From sequence record SRR20825010_2885: DNA of 37,382 nucleotides; one strand, 5' to 3'. The first letter of the stretch is position 1. Every line of letters starts with the position of its first letter. Below the pieces are notes generated by a model. It did no database searches. It saw nothing but the letters and a program-made list of their open reading frames with translations, and was not told where the DNA came from. Of the stretch, positions 1 through 12,051 are shown one piece after another. The position numbers and the translations under genes are program-made.

Positions 1-56
1 AAAAGAACTCGCTGCGCTCAGACACCTTTTCCCCGGCAGAAAAGGCACCCCACACC
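1..56. repeat. Partial palindromic intergenic element cut by the window edge (possible REP/RUP-like repeat)
   Basis: Perfect 7-bp stem CCTTTTC-N7-GAAAAGG (25-45). AAAAG at 1-5 can alternatively pair with CTTTT at 26-30, suggesting a larger palindrome extending past the edge. Only one copy is visible here. Confidence 0.35.
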
Positions 57-109
57 GTGCTCGACCTGACTGATTGGATATACCCCCCAGAAACCAGTCC
101 CTCCCGCAC

Positions 110-139
110 AAAAAAAGGGCTCCCGAAGGAGCCCCTTTT
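110..139 (-). terminator. Rho-independent terminator of putA-putP
   Basis: Minus strand GGGCTCC-TTCG-GGAGCCC-TTTTTTT, ~30 nt after the putP stop; C(UUCG)G tetraloop. Confidence 0.9.
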
Positions 140-168
140 CTTACTCGGAACGTTGAAAACGCGCCTTG

Positions 169-1659
169 TTACCTGGTGATGGCCTGGTATTCGCCAGCAT
201 CTTCAGTGACAGAGCTCACTACCATAATGGCAATGAAAGCAGCAATGAAGCCAGGAATTATCTCGTACACGCCAGGACCACCCATGAACTCACCGTTCCA
301 GCCCAGAGAGATCCAGATCATGACGGTGGCAGCACCCACAACCATGCCTGCGATAGCGCCAGCACCGTTCGTGCGGGACCACATCAGCGACAGGATAATC
401 AGCGGACCAAATGCGGCACCAAAGCCTGCCCAAGCGTTACTGACCAGCGCCAGAACCTGAGAGTTCGGGTCGGAGGCAATAACCGCCGCAACCAGACCGA
501 CCAGCACGACACACACACGGCCTACGCCCACGCATTCCTTGTCGGTCGCTTCTTTACGCAGGAACAGGCGGTAGAAGTCTTCGGTCAGTGAAGAAGACGA
601 CACTAGCAGCTGGCTGGAGATGGTACTCATGACCGCAGCAAGCAGTGCCGCGTAGAGGAAGCCAGTAATCAGCGGATGGAACAGCAGGTCCGAGAGAAGG
701 ATAAAGATCGTTTCCGGATCTTCGATATTCATGCCATTGCGAATCGCGTATGCCCGGCCAAACACACCAAGGGAGACGGCGCCAATCAGGGAGATAAGCA
801 TCCAGGACATGCCGATGTTACGGGCAGTCGGTACTTCATCAAGCGTACGGATCGCCATGAAACGAACAATGATGTGTGGCTGACCGAAATAACCCAAACC
901 CCAGGTTACCGCAGACAGCCAACCGATGAGCGTCAGGCCTTCCGTCCACGACAGGAGCGTGGGGTCGACTTCGTTCAGGGTTTGCGACGCCTGGGCGAAA
1001 CCACCGCCGCCTTCACCAAAGAGGACAACCGCCGGCATGATGACCAGTGCCAGCATCATGATGCAGCCCTGCACGAAGTCCGTCATGCTTACTGCCAGGA
1101 ACCCGCCAACCACGGTGTAGGCCAACACCACACCCAGCGTGATGACGATACCAACCGCATAGTCGCTCAAACCACCGAAGTTGAAGATGCCGGAGAACGC
1201 ACTCTCAAACAGCTTGCCGCCCGCAACCAGGCCGGATGCCGTGTAAACCGCGAAGAAGATAACGATGACGATGGCTGACACGGTACGCAGCGAAAGTGCC
1301 TGTGTCGGGAACCGGTTTGCCAGGAAGGAGGGGATGGTGATCGCATTGCCATAGTGAACCGTCTGTTCACGAAGACGCGGCGCTACCAGGGTCCAGTTAA
1401 AGAACGCACCCACAAGCAGGCCGATACCGATCCAGGCCGATCCCAGGCCCGATGCAAACAGCGCCCCGGGCAACCCGAGAAGCAACCAGCCACTCATATC
1501 CGAAGCACCGGCCGACAGGGCCGCTACCTTTGGACTGAGGGCTCGCCCACCCAACATGTAATCTTCGGATGAAGACGTAGCTCTGCGCATGGCATAAACG
1601 CCGATGGCGATCATGAGCGCAAAGTAAGCAAATAGACTGATCCAAACACCAATAGCCAT
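169..1659 (-). CDS. putP: Sodium/proline symporter (SSS family)
   Basis: Many hydrophobic TM segments; motifs DYMLGGR, ALSAGASDMSGWLLLGLPG, GLGYFGQPHI. ATG at 1659 has a GGAGGAG SD. Lies next to putA. Confidence 0.97.
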   Translation of the reverse strand: MAIGVWISLFAYFALMIAIGVYAMRRATSSSEDYMLGGRALSPKVAALSAGASDMSGWLLLGLPGALFASGLGSAWIGIGLLVGAFFNWTLVAPRLREQTVHYGNAITIPSFLANRFPTQALSLRTVSAIVIVIFFAVYTASGLVAGGKLFESAFSGIFNFGGLSDYAVGIVITLGVVLAYTVVGGFLAVSMTDFVQGCIMMLALVIMPAVVLFGEGGGGFAQASQTLNEVDPTLLSWTEGLTLIGWLSAVTWGLGYFGQPHIIVRFMAIRTLDEVPTARNIGMSWMLISLIGAVSLGVFGRAYAIRNGMNIEDPETIFILLSDLLFHPLITGFLYAALLAAVMSTISSQLLVSSSSLTEDFYRLFLRKEATDKECVGVGRVCVVLVGLVAAVIASDPNSQVLALVSNAWAGFGAAFGPLIILSLMWSRTNGAGAIAGMVVGAATVMIWISLGWNGEFMGGPGVYEIIPGFIAAFIAIMVVSSVTEDAGEYQAITR

Positions 1660-1873
1660 GAAACTCCTCCAGTTCAAATGGACGGAATCAACTCCGACCG
1701 TTTAGCGCGCTTACCACGGTGAACCCGGTAGTCGCACCCTTTGTTTTTTTGACTCGCTAAACTACTCACGTCATTAAGGCGCTACGGCTTACAACGCCTG
1801 CCTCCCCATCTCAATACTTACCTCCTATCGTTCAGGTTTTCGTTCCGCACTGCCTTGTGAGCAAAGCGCCCTA

Positions 1874-4800
1874 TCAAACCTTTTCAATGCCAAGCGACAA
1901 CAGTGACGCGTTTCCACCCACCGCTGTGGTGTTGATGGTGCGGGTTCTCTCCGTCGCAAACCGTAGCAGGTAGTGCGGCCCGCCAGCTTTGGGACCGGTA
2001 CCGGAAAGTCCCCGCCCCCCGAAAGGCTGAACACCAACAACCGCGCCAATCTGGTTTCGGTTAACGTAGGTATTGCCCACTTTTACCCGCCGCTCGATAT
2101 AGGCCGCTGTGGACTCACTTCTGCTGTGAATACCCAGGGTAAGTCCATAACCCGCCGCATTAATTTCATCGATCACATCGTCCAGCTTCTCTGCAGTGTA
2201 GCGGACTATATGGAGAACAGGGCCGAAGTGTTCGTCTTTCAACTCGTTGATACTTGAAATGGCGTAGGCGGACGGTGGAACAAAGTAGCCGTCGCGGCAG
2301 GCCTCCGGTATTGGCGCCTGCGATACCAACCTGGCATGTTTGCCAAGCTCGGTCAGATGGGCTTTCAGACCATCCCGCGCTTCTTGATCAATCACCGGTC
2401 CGACATCGGTGCTGTGACGCTCAGGGTTGCCGACCATCAGTTCCTGCATGGCGCCCGCCAGCAGGCTTTCTGTGCGCTCAGCGACCTCTTTCTGGATATA
2501 GAGCACACGCAGTGCCGAGCAACGCTGCCCGGCACTGGCGAAAGCGGACTGGATGACATCCCTGACCACTTGCTCCGGCAGCGCACTGCTGTCCACAACC
2601 ATGGCATTCTGTCCGCCGGTCTCGGCGATGAAGGGCACAATTGCCCCCTCACGCTGCGCCAGAGTGCGATTGAGTATGTGCGCTACCTGTGTAGAGCCGG
2701 TGAAGGCGACGCCGGCAATTCTGGGGTCCGGGGTCAGTTTGCCGCCGATTGTTGCGCCATCACCGGGTAAAAATTGAATCACATCGGGTGGGAAGTCAGC
2801 TTCCAACATCAGTTCAAAAGCCCGTTGAGCAACCAGACTTGTCTGCTCCGCAGGCTTGGCGATAACAGCATTTCCTGCCACCAACGCCGCCATCACCTGG
2901 CCAGTAAAAATAGCCAGGGGGAAATTCCAGGGGCTGATGCAGAGGAAGACGCCCCGCCCTTCCATGTAAAGCTCATTGCTCTCGCCCGTGGGGCCAGGTA
3001 GAGCCAAGGCCTTGCCAAAGCGGGATCTGCCCTGGAGGGCATAATAGCGACAGAAATCGACGGCTTCGCGCACCTCGTCGATACCATCCTGTATGGTTTT
3101 CCCGGCTTCACGGCAGCAGATCGCCATCAGCTCCTGCATATTTGCTTCCATCAGCTCGGCGTATCGCTCGAGACAGGCGGCACGATCCTCCACCGGACGC
3201 TCCCGCCAGGAAACAAAACCTTCCGTTGCAACGGCCAGGGCTTCTTCCGCCTGGGCTTCGGTCGCCCAGTACACCTGACCAACGTGTTGGGAGCGATCGT
3301 AGGGCGCATGGATATCACTCCGCGCTCCGTCCCGGCGCTTTTCGCCGCCAATGACCGGTGCAGCTTCCCAGCGTTTCTTTGCCCATTGGCCAAGATGATT
3401 CAGCAACGGATCCAGATGAGCCGCTACATGGATATTCATCCCTTTGGAGTTGCGCCGCTCGTTGCCAAAGATATCGACGGGCAATGGAATTCGGTCGTTG
3501 GGCAGTGAGTCGTATCCCTGCAGTTCCTGAACCGGATTCTGCACCAGAGCCTCTATGGGCGTTGCCGCGTCCACCAACCGGTGAACAAATGAGGAATTTG
3601 CCCCATTCTCCAGCAGCCGTCGTACCAGATACGGCAACAGATCCTTGTGAGCTCCCACAGGGGCGTAGATGCGAACCGGAAGATTGTTGTCCTCAAGGAT
3701 GCTGTTGTAGAGGGCGTCTCCCATACCGTGCAGGCGCTGGAACTCGATCCTGCGCCCTTTGTTCCTCGCCATGGTCAGAACCGAGGAAACCGTATGGGCG
3801 TTGTGGCTCGCAAGCTGCGGATACAACGCTCCTTCGGTGTAGTCACTCAGCAAATAACGCAGACACGCCAGATAGGAGGTGTCGGTAGCCTCTTTGCGCG
3901 TAAATACGGGGTAGCCCTCCAGGCCCAACTGCTGGCAGATTTTGATCTCGGTGTCCCAGTAGGCCCCTTTGACCAGGCGAATGGGGATCTCGTCACCCTG
4001 CTGTTTCGCCAGTTTGGTCAACCAGCACAATACCGGCAAAGCACGCTTGGAATAGGCCTGGATAACCAGGCCAAAACCACCCCACCCCTTTGCAACCGGT
4101 GATGTAAATGCCTTCTCAAACAGCTTTAGCGAGATTTCCAGCCGATCCATTTCCTCGGCATCGATGGTAATGGATACCTTCTTTTCCCGCGCAAACGTCA
4201 GCAGGTCAATGACTGTTGCGTAAAGCTCTTCCAGAACCCGCTCTTCCTGGGACGCCTCGTATCGAGGGTGCAGGGCTGATAGCTTGATGGAAATTGAGGG
4301 CGCTGGTGCCCGGCTGTCCGGGTAGGTATCGGTTCCCACGGACTCAATGGCATCCATGTAGTCCTTCAGGTAACGGTCAGCGTCGCCCCTGGTCATTGCC
4401 GCTTCGCCGAGCATGTCGAAGGAGTAGGTGTAGCCCAAATCCCGGTACTCGCGGGCGTTCCTCAATGCTTCGTCGATATCCCGTCCGAGCACGAACTGTT
4501 TGCCCATAATGGCCATGGCCTGGTACATCGCGCTCCGAATGACCGGCTCGCCACTACGCTTGATAAGACGCTTCCAGATACTGGACGGGGAACCGTCCAG
4601 TCGTTTATCCATCTTGACCACACGACCAGTCAGCAGCAGCCCCCAGGTGGAGGCATTGACCAGGGTCGACTCACTGCGGCCCACGTGCTTCTTCCAGTCA
4701 GCGTCCGACAGCTTGTCCTGAATCAACGCATCGGCGGTGTATTTGTCGGGGATACGCATCAACGCCTCGGCCAGACACATCAGCAGGATGCCTTCTTCGG

Positions 4801-5053
4801 TATCCAGGCTGTATTCCTGCAGCAGTGCGTCGACCATATGGACGGAGTCGTCCTGCTCGCGGACCTTTCTGATCAGGCTCGTTGCCGTTTCAGTGACGTC
4901 TCGATGCTCAGAAGCATCGCTTTGGGCAAGGGGGATCAGTTCGTTGAGGTAACGTGTTTCGTCGACGGCGTAGTTGGCAGTAATCGCTTGCCAGAAGAAC
5001 GACTTTGGCTGTTCCTGAAATGCAGGCTCGAGCACCTTGCTTGCATTGAACAT
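1874..5053 (-). CDS. putA: Bifunctional proline dehydrogenase / glutamate-semialdehyde (P5C) dehydrogenase
   Basis: PRODH motifs ([42 protein letters not shown]) and ALDH motifs (SPWNFP, ETGGQN, AGQRCSA, EHFGP). 1059 aa with no N-terminal RHH domain. Confidence 0.98.
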   Translation of the reverse strand: MFNASKVLEPAFQEQPKSFFWQAITANYAVDETRYLNELIPLAQSDASEHRDVTETATSLIRKVREQDDSVHMVDALLQEYSLDTEEGILLMCLAEALMRIPDKYTADALIQDKLSDADWKKHVGRSESTLVNASTWGLLLTGRVVKMDKRLDGSPSSIWKRLIKRSGEPVIRSAMYQAMAIMGKQFVLGRDIDEALRNAREYRDLGYTYSFDMLGEAAMTRGDADRYLKDYMDAIESVGTDTYPDSRAPAPSISIKLSALHPRYEASQEERVLEELYATVIDLLTFAREKKVSITIDAEEMDRLEISLKLFEKAFTSPVAKGWGGFGLVIQAYSKRALPVLCWLTKLAKQQGDEIPIRLVKGAYWDTEIKICQQLGLEGYPVFTRKEATDTSYLACLRYLLSDYTEGALYPQLASHNAHTVSSVLTMARNKGRRIEFQRLHGMGDALYNSILEDNNLPVRIYAPVGAHKDLLPYLVRRLLENGANSSFVHRLVDAATPIEALVQNPVQELQGYDSLPNDRIPLPVDIFGNERRNSKGMNIHVAAHLDPLLNHLGQWAKKRWEAAPVIGGEKRRDGARSDIHAPYDRSQHVGQVYWATEAQAEEALAVATEGFVSWRERPVEDRAACLERYAELMEANMQELMAICCREAGKTIQDGIDEVREAVDFCRYYALQGRSRFGKALALPGPTGESNELYMEGRGVFLCISPWNFPLAIFTGQVMAALVAGNAVIAKPAEQTSLVAQRAFELMLEADFPPDVIQFLPGDGATIGGKLTPDPRIAGVAFTGSTQVAHILNRTLAQREGAIVPFIAETGGQNAMVVDSSALPEQVVRDVIQSAFASAGQRCSALRVLYIQKEVAERTESLLAGAMQELMVGNPERHSTDVGPVIDQEARDGLKAHLTELGKHARLVSQAPIPEACRDGYFVPPSAYAISSINELKDEHFGPVLHIVRYTAEKLDDVIDEINAAGYGLTLGIHSRSESTAAYIERRVKVGNTYVNRNQIGAVVGVQPFGGRGLSGTGPKAGGPHYLLRFATERTRTINTTAVGGNASLLSLGIEKV

Positions 5054-5196
5054 CTGAGCGCCTCGCCGACGGTTCCCGTCTATGGCCGGGCCCCTCGAAC
5101 TTTTATTATGGTTGGGTCAGGCAACGCGTACGTACCGTACTGCGCTGTGACGTGATCAGCTACCCTGTTAAGTTAGTATTACTACGGACTTCAGGC

Positions 5197-5232
5197 TTAC
5201 AAAATCCTACGATTCTTTTGTAAATTCGTCCG
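5197..5232 (-). promoter_or_regulatory. Candidate AraC-family operator upstream of putA
   Basis: Minus-strand imperfect direct repeat CGGACGAATTTACAA / CGTAGGATTTTGTAA (10/15 identical), starts 21 bp apart. It overlaps the inverted repeat TTACAAAA-N11-TTTTGTAA. Confidence 0.45.
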
Positions 5233-5254
5233 AAAATGAGGCTTTTTTAACAAA

Positions 5255-6034
5255 TCAGGCGACTTTGTCACCAAAACGCAATCTGGAGGGCGTCGTACCT
5301 TTGTGTTTTCTGAGCGCGTTGGTGAGGGCACTCTGGGAGGAAAACCCAGTCCGGTAACTGATTTCGGAGACCGAAAAGGAAGTCATGGTCAGGAATTGCA
5401 CGGCCTGGTCAAGCCGGGTCTGGAGCAGAAACTGGTGGGGGGTAATACCCGTCACATCACGAAACATCTCGTGGAAGCGGCTGACACTGAGGCAAGCCAC
5501 ACTGGCAAGATCGCTCACCGTTATCTTTCGCTGGATATTCTCCATGATGTAACGGCGGATCGTGTCGGGGCTGATGGCATGGCGGTTCTGGCGAACCTCC
5601 CTGCCTTCGTTCATGCGCCCGGCCATGCAGTGCAGGATGCTTGCCCCCATGTGCCGCTGCATATCCTGATTATCCGGCGAGCGATCGAACTCTCCCGCCA
5701 CGAACTGAACCAGCCCTTGCAGCTTATTGTCCAGAACCAGTGTGCGCGGCCGCTCAAACAGAGGCGCGAGTGTTTCATACTCACTGTGCCCAGGACTATT
5801 GATGGCCGGCATGTAGGGATCGAGGTTGATAACCAGAACATGGTTCTGCAGATCACCACAGTAATCGTGGCGCGCTTCAGTGGGCACCAGGCAGGCTCGC
5901 CAGGTGTCCAGGTGTGAACCTGTTCCATCCACACTCAGGTCGGCCTCTCCACGAACACCGACAACAATCTGATGATGCTCGTGACGATGATGGTGTGAAG
6001 CGGTGGGAAGCTTGAGCAAACGTGCGTCCAACAT
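5255..6034 (-). CDS. AraC-family transcriptional regulator (cupin + double HTH), probable PruR-like put activator
   Basis: N-terminal HxHxHHQ cupin; C-terminal LASVACLSVSRF...GFSSQSALT...GTTP AraC signature; directly upstream of putA. Confidence 0.92.
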   Translation of the reverse strand: MLDARLLKLPTASHHHRHEHHQIVVGVRGEADLSVDGTGSHLDTWRACLVPTEARHDYCGDLQNHVLVINLDPYMPAINSPGHSEYETLAPLFERPRTLVLDNKLQGLVQFVAGEFDRSPDNQDMQRHMGASILHCMAGRMNEGREVRQNRHAISPDTIRRYIMENIQRKITVSDLASVACLSVSRFHEMFRDVTGITPHQFLLQTRLDQAVQFLTMTSFSVSEISYRTGFSSQSALTNALRKHKGTTPSRLRFGDKVA

Positions 6035-6101
6035 GCCCGCGATCCGAAAATTTCCTGAGAATGTAGCTCAATTAAAGCAGATCATCGGCGAACTTGCACG
6101 A

Positions 6102-7798
<1,697 letters not shown>

Positions 7799-7803
7799 GC
7801 TTT

Positions 7804-8619
7804 TTATTCCAAAGTTTTCAGAGGGTCGCAGATTGTCTCAAGCCCATCATCAACTGGCAAATCAACGCTGCCCAATCTGCGAACCGCGACAATACCCACA
7901 ACGCTGTTAACGAGATACAGTCCAAGCAGCCCGGGTGACGACAGCAACGCAGGCTGGATGATCTGCTCCCGGATGGTATGGCCGGATGCGCGCAGACACT
8001 CAAGGGCGAACTGCCGCATGACGCCGGCCACTGCAAGGCTCTCAACCGGAGGGGTTACCCACTCTCCCTCCATCCTGATAATGAGGTTGGTTCGCGTCCC
8101 CTCAAGCAACTGCCCGTCGGCGTTCGCCATGATCAGTTCGAATTCCTCGCCACTGAACTCACGGCTTGCCATCACCTGCTCCAGCCGGTTCAGGGTCTTG
8201 ATACCCGCCAGCCTCGGATTCACGGTGAGTGGAAACTTGGACAGCGCTGCCACCACTCCTCCCGGCGGGGGAAGCATGGGCATCGGAGAGGAGGTGACAA
8301 TCAGGCTTGGCTCACACTCGACAGGAGACCGATAACCTCGCCCGCCACTCCCTCGAGTGAGGACGAGCTTCAGCACCCAGTCGTCGCCGTATTCGGACGC
8401 CAAATCGCAACCCGAGCGGCTAATTTCAGCATCCAGGTCACTGCGCTCAACCGGAATGCCCAAGCGGCCGGCATCGGCCACCATACGATCCAGATGGTAT
8501 GAGCGCAGCACGGCTTGCCGGCCACGCATACGGATGGTTTCAAACAACCCATCACCGTAGGCCAACCCCCGGTCTGTCGCTGAAACTCCATTGCCGTCGG
8601 GGCGAATAACGTTCAACAC
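7804..8619 (-). CDS. pabC: Aminodeoxychorismate lyase (class IV PLP enzyme)
   Basis: DRGLAYGDGLFET, RGSGGRGY, LAGIKTLNRLEQV (PLP Lys); sits between fabF and mltG. Confidence 0.95.
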   Translation of the reverse strand: MLNVIRPDGNGVSATDRGLAYGDGLFETIRMRGRQAVLRSYHLDRMVADAGRLGIPVERSDLDAEISRSGCDLASEYGDDWVLKLVLTRGSGGRGYRSPVECEPSLIVTSSPMPMLPPPGGVVAALSKFPLTVNPRLAGIKTLNRLEQVMASREFSGEEFELIMANADGQLLEGTRTNLIIRMEGEWVTPPVESLAVAGVMRQFALECLRASGHTIREQIIQPALLSSPGLLGLYLVNSVVGIVAVRRLGSVDLPVDDGLETICDPLKTLE

Positions 8620-8626
8620 AACCCGG

Positions 8627-9874
8627 TCAATCCTCGTAACGACGGAAAATCAGGGTGCCGTTTGTACCACCAAAGCCAAAAGAGTTGGACAACGCGACCC
8701 GGACATCAGCTTTGCGGCTCTTACCGGCCACAAAATCCAGGTCACAACCATCATCGGGATCGTCAAGGTTGACGGTCGGCGGCAGCATACCTTCCCGGAT
8801 CGCCAATACCGAGAAAATCGCCTCAACGGCCCCGGCAGCGCCAAGCAAGTGCCCGGTCATGGATTTGGTGCTGCTGACAGCCAACTTGTAAGCGTGGTCG
8901 GCAAATACCGATTTCACGGCAGACACTTCTGCCAGGTCTCCCACGAGCGTCGAAGTGCCATGGGCATTGATGTAGTCGATGTCGTCGGCGCCGAGCCCGG
9001 CATCGCGAATCGCATTCTTCATGGAGCGCGCGGCACCCTCACCGTTCTCTGGGGGAGCAGTTATATGGAACGCATCGTCGCTCATACCGAAACCGATCAC
9101 TTCGCCATGAATGGTGGCACCACGGCGTTTCGCGTGCTCGAGATCCTCCAGCACCAGCACGCCGGCGCCGTCGCTGAGCACAAAGCCGTCCCGGCCACGA
9201 TCCCACGGCCGGCTGGCCTTTTCCGGGTCGTCATTGCGGGTGGACAGCGCACGCGCTGCCGAAAACGCGGCAATTGAGCTTCGGGTGGTGGCCATTTCCG
9301 AACCGCCGGCCAACATCACATCGGCATCACCGTAAGCAATGGTGCGCGCTGCATAGCCAATGTTATGGGTGCCGGTCGTGCAGGCTGTCACGATGGCGAT
9401 GTTTGGGCCCTTATAGCCAAAGCGGATAGCCACGTTTCCTGAAATCATGTTGATTACGGAGGCTGGCACAAAGAAGGGAGACACTTTTCGCGGCCCGGAC
9501 TTCTCCATCGTGATCACGTTCTTCTCGATGTATTCAAGACCGCCTATGCCTGAGCCGATGGCAACCCCTACCCTTTCACGATCAAGATCGGTGTACTCAT
9601 CAAGACCACTGGCATCTACCGCCTGTTGAGCGGCGATCAGGCCGTAATGAATGAAGGCATCCAGTTTTCTGGCGTCCTTCGTGGACAGGTACGGTTCAAT
9701 ATCCAGGTTCTTGATGCCACCGCCGATCCGTGTGTTGTATCCGGTGGTATCAAAACGGTCGATTCCGGCAATGCCGCTGCGACCGGAACAAATGCCGTCC
9801 CAGGACGAATCCACATCGTTACCCAGTGGCGAGAGCATTCCCATGCCTGTGATTACAACACGTCGTTTAGCCAT
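8627..9874 (-). CDS. fabF: Beta-ketoacyl-ACP synthase II
   Basis: RRVVITGMG, TACTTG (Cys), YINAHGTST, KSMTGHLLGAAG, SNSFGFGG. Confidence 0.98.
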   Translation of the reverse strand: MAKRRVVITGMGMLSPLGNDVDSSWDGICSGRSGIAGIDRFDTTGYNTRIGGGIKNLDIEPYLSTKDARKLDAFIHYGLIAAQQAVDASGLDEYTDLDRERVGVAIGSGIGGLEYIEKNVITMEKSGPRKVSPFFVPASVINMISGNVAIRFGYKGPNIAIVTACTTGTHNIGYAARTIAYGDADVMLAGGSEMATTRSSIAAFSAARALSTRNDDPEKASRPWDRGRDGFVLSDGAGVLVLEDLEHAKRRGATIHGEVIGFGMSDDAFHITAPPENGEGAARSMKNAIRDAGLGADDIDYINAHGTSTLVGDLAEVSAVKSVFADHAYKLAVSSTKSMTGHLLGAAGAVEAIFSVLAIREGMLPPTVNLDDPDDGCDLDFVAGKSRKADVRVALSNSFGFGGTNGTLIFRRYED

Positions 9875-9924
9875 ACCCCTTCACCTGAGTTCCTTGCTGA
9901 TCATGGACTGGAATTCCTGCCAAT

Positions 9925-9964
9925 AAAAAAGCCGTCCGATGTCTAGTCACATGGACGGCTTTTT
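9925..9964 (-). terminator. Intrinsic terminator between acpP and fabF
   Basis: AAAAAA-GCCGTCC-N15-GGACGGC-TTTTT; the minus strand has a U-tract after the stem. Confidence 0.8.
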
Positions 9965-9989
9965 GCCTGGCGATAAAGCGTGCAGAGTA

Positions 9990-10223
9990 TCAGGTGTGCG
10001 CGACGATGTAGTCGATCGCGTCCTGGACACTCGCCAGCTTTTCCGCTTCCTCGTCGGGAATCTCGGTCTCGAACTCTTCTTCGAGTGCCATGACCAGCTC
10101 AACGGTGTCCAGTGAGTCAGCGCCAAGGTCCTCTACAAAAGAAGATGTGTTCTGAACTTCGGACTCTTTAACGCCCAACTGCTCACAAACGATCTTCTTC
10201 ACGCGCTCTTCAACTGTACTCAT
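9990..10223 (-). CDS. acpP: Acyl carrier protein
   Basis: [20 protein letters not shown] with the phosphopantetheine Ser. Confidence 0.99.
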   Translation of the reverse strand: MSTVEERVKKIVCEQLGVKESEVQNTSSFVEDLGADSLDTVELVMALEEEFETEIPDEEAEKLASVQDAIDYIVAHT

Positions 10224-10355
10224 AATGTCCTCACTTTTGTGTCAACCAAGCAACTTAAGTGCTGCCAGTTTAGTTTAAACCATACCTGCAAACAAGCAGG
10301 GGTTCCATTCAAACATGTTGTGCGACAAGGGTTTGCGCACACGTCCCCGCAGGGA

Positions 10356-11099
10356 CTATCCCATGTACATACCGCCGTTCACGTGGATCGTTTCGCCCGT
10401 CACGTAACCAGCGGCCTCCGACGCCAGGAAGGCAACCACCGCAGCCACTTCTTCCGGCTCACCCAGACGACCGGCAGGTATGACTTCCATCATAGCCTCA
10501 CGTTGCTTGTCGTCCAGTTTTCGGGTCATATCCGTATCGATAAATCCGGGCGCTACGCAATTGGCGGTAATGCCCCGGTTCGACATTTCTTTCGCCAGGC
10601 TGCGGGTAAAACCCTCAACTCCGGCCTTGGCAGCGCAATAGTTGGCCTGTCCGGGGTTACCCATACCAGCTACAACCGAGCTGATATTGATCACCCGACC
10701 CCATCGCGCCTTGGCCATTCCCCGCAATACGGCCTTGCTGGTCCGGTAGACGCTGGACAAGTTGGTTTCCACCACCGACGCCCAGTCATCGTCCTTCAGC
10801 CGCATCAGCAGATTATCACGAGTGATCCCTGCGTTGTTGACCAGGATCGCCGGCGCACCGGCTTTCTCGTTGATTTCCTTCAGGCCAGCCTCGATGCTGT
10901 CTGGGTCGGCGACGTTCATTACGATACCGAAACCCTTCGCGCCTGCTGCTTTCAGGTCAGCGGAAATCGACTCGGCGCCATTCTCACTGGTTGCCGTACC
11001 GACCACCATGGCGCCCTGATCTGCCAGCGCCTTTGCAATGGCCTTTCCGATCCCGCGAGTTGCACCCGTTACCAGCGCTGTTTTGCCTTCAAGAGACAT
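10356..11099 (-). CDS. fabG: 3-oxoacyl-ACP reductase
   Basis: TGATRGIG, NNAGITRD, YCAAK SDR motifs; fab cluster position. Confidence 0.98.
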   Translation of the reverse strand: MSLEGKTALVTGATRGIGKAIAKALADQGAMVVGTATSENGAESISADLKAAGAKGFGIVMNVADPDSIEAGLKEINEKAGAPAILVNNAGITRDNLLMRLKDDDWASVVETNLSSVYRTSKAVLRGMAKARWGRVINISSVVAGMGNPGQANYCAAKAGVEGFTRSLAKEMSNRGITANCVAPGFIDTDMTRKLDDKQREAMMEVIPAGRLGEPEEVAAVVAFLASEAAGYVTGETIHVNGGMYMG

Positions 11100-11115
11100 G
11101 TGTTGCTCCTATTTA

Positions 11116-12051
11116 TTACTGTCCAAATGCCTCTGACGCCTTTGCCAGCGCATCCGGCTCGTCAATGCCGTAAACCGACAATTCACGGTCAATGCGCTTC
11201 GCCAGCCCTGCAAGGACTTTACCGGCGCCGCACTCTACAGCGATCCGCACATCATTTGCCACCAGTTTACGAACGGTATCGGTCCACAACACCGGAGAGT
11301 ATAGCTGCTTGACCAGATTAGCCTTGAGGGATTCACTGTCCTGGGCGACGGAAGCGGTAACATTCTGTATTACCGGGATGACAGCATCGTTAAACGTTAC
11401 TTCGTCCAACGCGGTTGCCAGTTCCTCCGCGGCTCCCTTCATCAGGGCACAGTGGGAAGGCACACTCACCGGCAATGGCATGGCCTTGCGGGCACCTCGG
11501 GCCTTGCAGGCTTCGATGGCGCGTTCAACCGCTCCAGCAGCACCAGCAATCACTACTTGCCCAGGGGCATTGAAATTGACGGCGGCAACCACGTCACCAT
11601 TCGCCGCCTCGGCACAGGCGGCGGTTACGTCGTCGTCTTCGAGACCAAGAATGGCTGCCATCTTGCCTTCGCCGGCTGGCACGGCGGCCTGCATGAGCTC
11701 GCCACGCAGTTGCACCAGTTTAATGGCATCAAAAAAGTTCAGGCTTTCCGCTGCAACCAGCGCACTGTACTCACCCAGGCTGTGCCCGGCGACAAAGTCA
11801 GGCGCCTGACCTCCTGCTACAAACCACTGCCGCCAGAGCGCGACGCTCGCCGCCAACAGCGCTGGCTGGGTAACCGTGGTCTGATTAAGCTCTTCCGCAG
11901 GGCCATGCTGGCACAGGTGCCAGAGATCATACCCCAGTACATCGGAGGCTTCGGAAAACGTTTTTTCTATGATCGGCCAGTTCTCGGCTGCTGCTCCCAG
12001 CATACCGACAGACTGCGATCCTTGTCCGGGAAAAATAAAGGCTGATTTCAT
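11116..12051 (-). CDS. fabD: Malonyl-CoA:ACP transacylase
   Basis: FPGQGSQ, GHSLGEY (catalytic Ser), SVPSH. Confidence 0.98.
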   Translation of the reverse strand: MKSAFIFPGQGSQSVGMLGAAAENWPIIEKTFSEASDVLGYDLWHLCQHGPAEELNQTTVTQPALLAASVALWRQWFVAGGQAPDFVAGHSLGEYSALVAAESLNFFDAIKLVQLRGELMQAAVPAGEGKMAAILGLEDDDVTAACAEAANGDVVAAVNFNAPGQVVIAGAAGAVERAIEACKARGARKAMPLPVSVPSHCALMKGAAEELATALDEVTFNDAVIPVIQNVTASVAQDSESLKANLVKQLYSPVLWTDTVRKLVANDVRIAVECGAGKVLAGLAKRIDRELSVYGIDEPDALAKASEAFGQ

